Virus record (IMG/VR): IMGVR_UViG_3300044475_000064
Span: 1 to 60,078 of that record
DNA length: 60,078 bases
Strand: one strand, 5' to 3'
DNA from: a virus
Below, in pieces: positions 54,274 through 60,078 of this stretch (positions are counted from its first letter, which is position 1; each line of letters begins with the position of its first letter). The notes beneath the pieces were generated by a model. The model searched no databases. It was given only the letters and a program-made list of their open reading frames with translations, and had not been told where the DNA came from. Both the position numbers and the translations under genes were made by a program.

Positions 54274-54436
54274 GTTTATCTACCTTAAATGATGAGATAT
54301 AAAGCAACGTTACGAAAGCACCTGCAATGCCATTAGCTGCAGATCCTAGCGCATCACCATCGATTAGTGCGCAAAATGAAAGCAATATCAAAAAAGCAAT
54401 ATCAAATAGCATAACAATATGAAATGATTTAGACAT
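54266..54436 (-). CDS. Small membrane protein (56 aa)
   Basis: Manual translation gives MSKSFHIVMLFDIAFLILLSFCALIDGDALGSAANGIAGAFVTLLYISSFKVDKHA. It overlaps both neighbours (8 nt each side) and fills an otherwise empty 155-nt gap. Confidence 0.45.
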   Translation of the reverse strand: MSKSFHIVMLFDIAFLILLSFCALIDGDALGSAANGIAGAFVTLLYISSFKVDKHA

Positions 54437-55187
54437 TTTTCACCTCAGCAAGTGTACGGCGTACATCTTCAAGCTTGTAATGTGTGCCCTTATTGCTAAC
54501 ACCAAAGATAAATTTATCAGTGCAATAGCCATGTCTCTTGAAATGCTCATTGTACTCATCAACGAAATAAACAGCATCATCAGGGCAAGCTATAATCGCC
54601 TCAAGCTCATTGATACCAATACGGTTGATTAGGGATACGATACGATCCTCTTTCTCAGGTTTTACACCACCAAAGACTAAAGGAATACGGTGACGATGTG
54701 AGATCTCAATCTGACGGTATTCATGCTCATCAAATAAACCTAGCATTGCTTCTGCAACTTCTTCATCAGTTTCGTAGCCTACGCCGTAGCAATTATCAGG
54801 ACCACGAATACCCTGAATAAAATCAACAATCGTGTAATAGCCTTTACCGAAAATTGTCTTTGTTAGGATTGCAAATTCCTCACGCACAGCGCGAACTGTC
54901 CAAGCGTAATTTTTTTCCTGATTGAATCTAACCTTTTGACCAACCTTTAGCGGATTACCAGCAAGCGCATTACGCAGGTGATCTAGCTTGTATATCTCGA
55001 TACCTTCGTATGGTTTCCATGCTTCGTGATTCCAACGGCTTGTGTCGGGCAGATAAAATCCGTGAATTTCCGTATTATCAGGACATGGACCATCGCAGTA
55101 CCAAACGCTGTCTGCAGATGCGCGAGCTAAAATACCATCGATCACCAAAGCATCTTGACCTGCAACAAATAAACGTACTTTTTCCAT
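54429..55187 (-). CDS. Hypothetical protein (252 aa), not obviously structural
   Basis: ORF in the head-tail module. Globular, Cys/His-containing composition. No family recognised. Confidence 0.65.
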   Translation of the reverse strand: MEKVRLFVAGQDALVIDGILARASADSVWYCDGPCPDNTEIHGFYLPDTSRWNHEAWKPYEGIEIYKLDHLRNALAGNPLKVGQKVRFNQEKNYAWTVRAVREEFAILTKTIFGKGYYTIVDFIQGIRGPDNCYGVGYETDEEVAEAMLGLFDEHEYRQIEISHRHRIPLVFGGVKPEKEDRIVSLINRIGINELEAIIACPDDAVYFVDEYNEHFKRHGYCTDKFIFGVSNKGTHYKLEDVRRTLAEVKNV

Positions 55188-55190
55188 AAA

Positions 55191-55931
55191 TTACCCCGAC
55201 TGAACTACGCCACCAGCAGCATACGGCGCACCAGCTTTAATGTTAGGTGATGTGTTCGCTTCAACGTTGATACGAATACCAAGGGCATTGGCGAACTGCT
55301 GATAATGCAGCGCCGCACGTTGCAAGCTACCTGCGTCTTGAGAGTCTTTAGAGCGAGCACGATAAAGGATGTAATCGAGCAATGCGCCGAAATAGATGTC
55401 ATCTAGCGGTATATTGAACTCGTATGATGTGAGATCTTCGGGCTTTAATGGATCTGTCGGTACAAGCTTGGTTGGTGCTGCACACAACACGAGTTCAATT
55501 GCACCAGTACCATCATTACCAGGATAAACGTAATATGCCCGTGGATTAGCTTCATCAAAAATCAGGTGTTTTGCTTGCTGAGTAAATGGCACGGAATAAG
55601 TATCGTGCCATGTAGGATTAAGCGCACTAAGCTGATCGTCAGGAACGACGCTAATATTACGCCGTGGCTTACGATCTGAGGAAGTAGTGCGCATATTTCG
55701 CACGGGACGAAGGATACTGATATATCCATCAGGAATAGACTGCAGCGTACCATGTACTAGCGATAAGGTGACGCTCTTTGCTGTGGCGCTTGGCTTTTGA
55801 AGCACGACCGCACCAATACCATCATTCAACCATCCGCATAATTCAGATAGTGGCCAACGACGTGCAGCGAATGCACCCGTATCATTGAGCAGTACGCCTG
55901 CCTTTTCAAATAATTCCCGTGCTTTGTACAT
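55191..55931 (-). CDS. Virion structural protein (246 aa), possible head-tail adaptor
   Basis: Position is downstream of the capsid genes. TAATG coupling to the upstream gene. Confidence 0.6.
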   Translation of the reverse strand: MYKARELFEKAGVLLNDTGAFAARRWPLSELCGWLNDGIGAVVLQKPSATAKSVTLSLVHGTLQSIPDGYISILRPVRNMRTTSSDRKPRRNISVVPDDQLSALNPTWHDTYSVPFTQQAKHLIFDEANPRAYYVYPGNDGTGAIELVLCAAPTKLVPTDPLKPEDLTSYEFNIPLDDIYFGALLDYILYRARSKDSQDAGSLQRAALHYQQFANALGIRINVEANTSPNIKAGAPYAAGGVVQSG

Positions 55932-56647
55932 TAATCATCATCCTCACTGAGCGCACGACGAATGTCGTCAACTTTCATTTTAGATGATGGCTTGCGACCA
56001 AACTTTTTCTCGTAGGCTGCGATGAGTGCTTCGCCTTTGAGATCAGCAAGATTTTCAGAAATGCTATTAGCATTTACAGGTGAATCATTAACATCTGCAG
56101 ACTCAGTTGAGACAGAGGTGTCTTGATTTTCAGTTGTGTCTGCAGCAGTGTCGATTTGTGCAGACTGACCAACTGGATCGCTTGATTCTGTAGTGGATTG
56201 ATCCGCTTGTATCTGAGTTGTTTGCTCAGTACCTTCGCCGTGCTCACCATCAACAAGCTCCTTTAATGTAGTATCGATATAGGCATAACGATCATTATCA
56301 TCGAGTGCATTCCATTCTTCCTCAGCCAAACCTGAGTCATCAAATGCCATATCGACTAGATCAGACAATGCAATTGTGTCGCCACCTTTGATCGTATATG
56401 AAGCGTTATGAACTGTAGACCCATTTAAGTGACGATCATTGTCATCATCTTGACCAAACTCTGCATCATCATCCACGGCGCGATAACCTTCTTTGATACG
56501 CAGTAAGGCTTTTGCATGGTGCTCAACATCAACCAAAGCAATGTGACGAGAATCTATATCACTGGGCTTAAAGTGATACTGACGATACGGCGATTCCATA
56601 TCAACGACTGATCCGCCAGCACGTTGAATAAGACATTCGATATTCAT
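55931..56647 (-). CDS. Highly acidic protein (238 aa) with a C-terminal HeH/Rho_N-like motif
   Basis: Asp/Glu-rich throughout. The C-terminal LADLKGEALIAAYEKKFGRKPSSKMKVDDIRRAL resembles a helix-extended-helix motif. Confidence 0.6.
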   Translation of the reverse strand: MNIECLIQRAGGSVVDMESPYRQYHFKPSDIDSRHIALVDVEHHAKALLRIKEGYRAVDDDAEFGQDDDNDRHLNGSTVHNASYTIKGGDTIALSDLVDMAFDDSGLAEEEWNALDDNDRYAYIDTTLKELVDGEHGEGTEQTTQIQADQSTTESSDPVGQSAQIDTAADTTENQDTSVSTESADVNDSPVNANSISENLADLKGEALIAAYEKKFGRKPSSKMKVDDIRRALSEDDD

Positions 56648-56660
56648 TCTTGTTGCTCCA

Positions 56661-56691
56661 AAATAAATAAAAGGGGCTAATTGCCCCTTTT
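56661..56691 (-). terminator. Rho-independent terminator after the capsid/decoration genes
   Basis: 9-bp stem AAAAGGGGC/GCCCCTTTT with loop TAATT. An A/T-rich run follows on the minus strand. Confidence 0.7.
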
Positions 56692-56702
56692 ATAATACTT
56701 GA

Positions 56703-57158
56703 TTACTGCTTAAAGTGTAGCATCAATCCAATCTGTTTACCTGCACCTGCAGTCACGGCGGCGACCGCAAACTTCACCCCGATTGAACGTGTCTTTTCTG
56801 TTTCTGCTAGGATCAGCATGTCGGTTTTGGTTAGACGTGTAAGGCCTGCGATTGTTGAAGCAGCGAATAGTTCATTGCCGCATGTACGAGCAGATCCATC
56901 GGTGTTTGTTAATTCACCCCACTCACCACTCATCAAACCAATATCGACCGTTGCAGCACCAAGGCTACCAATTGGAACGATAGCAGCATCAACGATATTC
57001 GCATACGGTGGAAGCGCCGCAATTTCAAGGATGTCACCGATCTGAAAACCTGCTGCTGGCACATCAACTAAGAAAAGTTGACTGTGCGTAGCAAAAGCAG
57101 TCTGAGGGCGAGCAACCTGTAGGCGACCTAACGCCCATTCTGATTGATATAAAGCCAT
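56703..57158 (-). CDS. Putative capsid decoration/cement protein (151 aa)
   Basis: Immediately downstream of the major capsid gene. Ala/Gly/Ile-rich beta-type sequence. Assignment rests on position. Confidence 0.4.
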   Translation of the reverse strand: MALYQSEWALGRLQVARPQTAFATHSQLFLVDVPAAGFQIGDILEIAALPPYANIVDAAIVPIGSLGAATVDIGLMSGEWGELTNTDGSARTCGNELFAASTIAGLTRLTKTDMLILAETEKTRSIGVKFAVAAVTAGAGKQIGLMLHFKQ

Positions 57159-57173
57159 AATATAAGACCCCTA

Positions 57174-58271
57174 TTATGCGTTCGGATCTTTAGCTGCAGT
57201 ATCGATAGACACCACACCAAAATCACGATTGTTGAAACGGGTTTTACTGATACCAAGGATTGTACCAGAAGCTACGGTCGGCTCATTACCAAAGTCGTCA
57301 GTTTCTTCTTGCCAAGTCATGCGGAAACCACCTGCAGTACCATAGGCAACAACAGCTGCTTGCTTGCCGAGGAATAATGCACGAGCTGCAGCGACGTTTG
57401 AGCCTGCGCCGTAGTCAGCAAAGCGGATCGCGCTTTCATGCGAGTGAAGTACGATATTGTTAATCATACCTAAGCCACCTTTAAAGATCGGGTTGCTTTT
57501 GCCTTCCGCAGACGCAGCTGCTTTTTGCACTTCCAACCAACCTTTTTCACCAGTTTCATCACGCAAGTCGAACTCTTGGAACGGCGACATGAGCATTACA
57601 TAATGCTTTTCACCATCCACGCTGATCGGCAACAAGTTTGCCGTCTTTGGATCACGAGCACGCATCATACGCGCTTTGGTTGCAGCACGTTCGATGAGTG
57701 TACGGTTCATCTTGTCACTCGCCGTCAAGGTCGCTTTGCTTGTCGCAGCACCACCAAATAGCAAATGTTGAGAATCAGGTGCGCGTAATGGATTACCTGC
57801 ATGACCCACATAGTTTACTGGTTCGATGAAATCTTCATTCATACCGCGAGCACCTGACAAGTAGATAAATTTCAACTCATCAATGTACTGTGCCCAGTAA
57901 TCAGAAAGACGGTCTTTTGCCACCTTACGAAGATCGTGAGCAACGCGCTTACGAGACATTTTACCGCCTGCAGAAACAGACTTACGAATCTGATCGATAA
58001 TCACTTCGTCGGTATAGAATTTAAGTGCTTCTTCATTCCCTTTCAGACGATCATCACCTGCCGTTGGGCGGCCACGTAACTGAACTGAAAGGTCGAATGA
58101 GATACGATCACCAGCATCAGACTCAAGATCAGTTTTTTGCTGAATCACAGAGTTTTCGCTAGTTCCTTCAAAACGATCAAAGTAGCTCTTTTTTGTAGTT
58201 TCTACAAAGAGCTGACCTGACCATTTCTTTTGTGCCTTTGGATCTCCAAAGGGAATTGTGGTCTGACCCAT
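57174..58271 (-). CDS. Major capsid protein, N4-gp56-like family (HK97 fold)
   Basis: KKWSGQLFVETTKKSYFDRFEGTSENSVIQQKTDLESDAGDRISFDLSVQLRGRPTAGDDRLKGNEEAL matches the N-terminal signature of the N4 gp56 capsid family as I recall it. 365 aa, following the scaffold gene. Confidence 0.8.
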   Translation of the reverse strand: MGQTTIPFGDPKAQKKWSGQLFVETTKKSYFDRFEGTSENSVIQQKTDLESDAGDRISFDLSVQLRGRPTAGDDRLKGNEEALKFYTDEVIIDQIRKSVSAGGKMSRKRVAHDLRKVAKDRLSDYWAQYIDELKFIYLSGARGMNEDFIEPVNYVGHAGNPLRAPDSQHLLFGGAATSKATLTASDKMNRTLIERAATKARMMRARDPKTANLLPISVDGEKHYVMLMSPFQEFDLRDETGEKGWLEVQKAAASAEGKSNPIFKGGLGMINNIVLHSHESAIRFADYGAGSNVAAARALFLGKQAAVVAYGTAGGFRMTWQEETDDFGNEPTVASGTILGISKTRFNNRDFGVVSIDTAAKDPNA

Positions 58272-58337
58272 AGTATGTCCTCACAACATGCGGTTCTTTG
58301 GTTTACCGCACGTCATGCGCAGCCCTTTACTGTTACG

Positions 58338-58366
58338 ATTATCGCCATAGTGTTGTCAAAATGCAA
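58338..58366 (-). promoter_or_regulatory. Sigma70-like promoter upstream of the major capsid gene (TTGCAT-17 nt-GATAAT)
   Basis: Minus strand: -35 at 58366-58361 and -10 at 58343-58338. It has the same -35 hexamer as the terS promoter. Confidence 0.5.
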
Positions 58367-58386
58367 ACACTCATGACAAGTTAATT

Positions 58387-58557
58387 TTAATTTTGCTTGC
58401 AATCCTTTAAATCTTTTGATTTTGGAGGGAGTTTAATCTTTATGTCAGACGGCGCATCAATAACAAGAGAGACTTGCTGCCCTGCTTTGTGATCAAGTCG
58501 GATCTTTACATCACCGATCTCAATCGTTGTACCAATACGAAGCGAATGCTTTACCAT
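58387..58557 (-). CDS. csrA: CsrA/RsmA-like small protein (56 aa)
   Basis: Manual translation gives MVKHSLRIGTTIEIGDVKIRLDHKAGQQVSLVIDAPSDIKIKLPPKSKDLKDCKQN. It aligns to E. coli CsrA ([41 protein letters not shown]) through RxG.T..IGD and G.QV....(N/D)AP. Strong RBS AAGGAG. It is below the track size cut-off. Confidence 0.55.
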   Translation of the reverse strand: MVKHSLRIGTTIEIGDVKIRLDHKAGQQVSLVIDAPSDIKIKLPPKSKDLKDCKQN

Positions 58558-58568
58558 CTAGCTACTCC

Positions 58569-59486
58569 TTAGCCCATCCGTAGGTATTCATCGCGTTCTG
58601 AGTCAGACATTTTTTTAAGTGCAGCTTCAAATGCAATCGAATCCGAATCTGCCAAGCGATCAAGGTGAGCATATTTACCGTCATCAGTATCGTTCTGAGT
58701 GGCTGCAGGTACTTTACCGAGTGTCGGTGGAACTTCGATCTGCTTCTTGGTTTTTGGTTGCTGCTTGGTTTCTTTTGCATCAGTGTTAGTGATACCTAGA
58801 TCCTCAGACCATTGCTTATAAGCTTTTTCAAGCTCACGGCGACCAGGTTGGCCACCTTTAGCAATGATTTCCGCCGTAATGCCACGCAGTACGCTATCAA
58901 ACGAGTTCCACATGGTCGCGTTCTTTGAGATAGCAGGATGGTCAGCAACGAAAGACTGAGCTACAACTTCCCACGTTTGTTGTGACTGGCTTTGTGCTGC
59001 CTCTGCAGCAAGCTCAGCTTTCAGCTCGGCACGATCAAGACTACGCAACTCTGAATCAATTGCACGTTGCTGTTTTTGATATTCAGCGAATGTAATTTCA
59101 CCTTCATCAAATTTATCAGCGAGTGATGCAGCATCAGTATCGAGCTGTGTGCGTTTAGCTGCGATGTCTGCAGGTAGTTCAGCTTTGAATAATGGTGCAG
59201 GTGGTGCAGTTAGTGTCTCATCTTCACCATTGCCGTCATTACTCTTATCAGCACCGTCATTACCTTCGCCAGTACCAGTTGCATCGTCAGGCTTTTTGTT
59301 TGCGCCGTCACCTTGCCATTTGTCATCGTTAGATCCAGCACCATCGTTGCTAGAAGCGCCGTCACCCTGATCATTGTTGTCAGAGCCGTTGTCCTCACCG
59401 CCGTTCTCATCATCTTCCTCGTAGCCCTTACGTTCTTCGGGTGTGAGCATCGCCAAATCTTCTGCGCTTAAACCATCAATACTCAT
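58569..59486 (-). CDS. Scaffolding protein (305 aa)
   Basis: Located between portal and capsid. Acidic Asp/Gly/Asn-rich N-terminus followed by long helical segments (AELKAELAAEAAQSQSQQ). Confidence 0.6.
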   Translation of the reverse strand: MSIDGLSAEDLAMLTPEERKGYEEDDENGGEDNGSDNNDQGDGASSNDGAGSNDDKWQGDGANKKPDDATGTGEGNDGADKSNDGNGEDETLTAPPAPLFKAELPADIAAKRTQLDTDAASLADKFDEGEITFAEYQKQQRAIDSELRSLDRAELKAELAAEAAQSQSQQTWEVVAQSFVADHPAISKNATMWNSFDSVLRGITAEIIAKGGQPGRRELEKAYKQWSEDLGITNTDAKETKQQPKTKKQIEVPPTLGKVPAATQNDTDDGKYAHLDRLADSDSIAFEAALKKMSDSERDEYLRMG

Positions 59487-59499
59487 AGTGTCCTACCTT

Positions 59500-60078
59500 T
59501 CATTGTTGATACTGTTGAAGTCCTGCCGACTGATCGGATTGACCTTGTTGTTGCTGTGCAGCCATTTGTTGCTGCTGAGCTTGTTCTTGTTCTGCCTGAG
59601 CCTGTTGCTCCTGCATCATTGCTTGTTGCTGTTGGGCTTGAGCTACCGCTTGCGCAGTTTCCTCATCTTCCTCAGTACGCGATTTAAAATTTGCTTCATG
59701 AAGCATTACATCTGCTACACGTACCGCACCAGGCACGCTAATCGCAGCAAGTGCAGCTTCAAGCGCCGTTTTCTGCGTCTGAATGTTTTGACCAGCCAAT
59801 GCGCCAAGTATTTGCTTAACGTTTGCCTGATCTTTCTGAGCTGCCACCATATCACGCTGAGCTTTGGCTTCTTTGCCTGCAATAGTCGCCTCTGCATCAC
59901 GGCGTTGTAATTCAGCCTGTTGCTGAGCTGCTTGCTGTTTCTGCATTTCAGCCTGTTGTTCTTCGGGTGTCAGTTCTTCGGCATCAGGATCTCGCATACC
60001 AGTTACCTGACGGATACGCTTAACAAGCTCATCACGTCCTGCAAGATCCATTTCCTCAACGATCAGATCGAGCATGAC
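59500..60078 (-). CDS. Portal protein, C-terminal part with a Gln/Ala-rich tail
   Basis: Same frame as 1..1855 through the 127-nt overlap. The track ORF ..LDLIVEEMDLAGRDELVKRIRQVTGMRDPDAEELTPEEQQAEMQKQQAAQQQAELQ.. ends QQQQGQSDQSAGLQQYQQ. Confidence 0.8.
   Translation of the reverse strand, partial: VMLDLIVEEMDLAGRDELVKRIRQVTGMRDPDAEELTPEEQQAEMQKQQAAQQQAELQRRDAEATIAGKEAKAQRDMVAAQKDQANVKQILGALAGQNIQTQKTALEAALAAISVPGAVRVADVMLHEANFKSRTEEDEETAQAVAQAQQQQAMMQEQQAQAEQEQAQQQQMAAQQQQGQSDQSAGLQQYQQ
59952..60078. repeat. Second copy of the 127-nt terminal overlap
   Basis: Identical to nt 1-127. Confidence 0.95.

Noticed and set aside
1-60078. CRISPR arrays, integrase/recombinase, transposase or IS elements, toxin-antitoxin pairs with recognisable toxins
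   Set aside because: I saw no regularly spaced repeat-spacer pattern and no Tyr/Ser-recombinase or DDE motifs in any long ORF. The RHH protein at 8305..8535 is the last gene of its operon and has no recognisable toxin partner.

Overview
The window is one complete, circularly assembled tailed-phage genome. Nt 1-127 are identical to nt 59952-60078, so the unit length is 59,951 bp and the portal gene is split across the window ends. No tail tube, sheath or tape-measure gene was recognised, which suggests a podovirus-like virion.

Layout:
- Minus-strand late arm, read from 9399 down through the window edge to 26156: TerS, an inserted plus-strand accessory island, TerL, five small genes, portal, scaffold, a CsrA-like 56-aa ORF, an N4-gp56-type major capsid protein, head/neck proteins, two enzymatic tail spikes (GH5, and Calx-beta plus SGNH), a lambda-type Ser/Thr phosphatase, a GNAT-like protein, three internal-protein candidates, a 4,445-aa polyvalent protein (SLT, ParB-like, two ART-like modules, PLxRFG), holin, amidase endolysin and three tRNA genes.
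- Divergent control region at 17.6-17.9 kb.
- Minus-strand early operon (17532 to 10281): HTH regulator, DUF1064-like nuclease, PAPS-reductase-like protein, wHTH replication initiator with internal iterons, PD-(D/E)xK nuclease, DpdA-like transglycosylase.
- Plus-strand early arm (17890 to 25910): AAA_24-like ATPase, DEDDh exonuclease, ASCH protein and many unknowns.

Sigma70-like promoters and rho-independent terminators delimit the modules. I recognised no DNA polymerase, RNA polymerase, integrase, transposase or CRISPR array.

Most interesting:
- the giant polyvalent protein
- the DpdA-like DNA-modification candidate, which has no preQ0 synthesis genes beside it
- the uncharacterised island that splits TerS from TerL
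- the enzymes embedded in the virion module
- the CsrA-like ORF
- an aberrant tRNA-like gene

All family assignments come from motifs read by eye and compared with remembered family consensus. No database search or computation was run.
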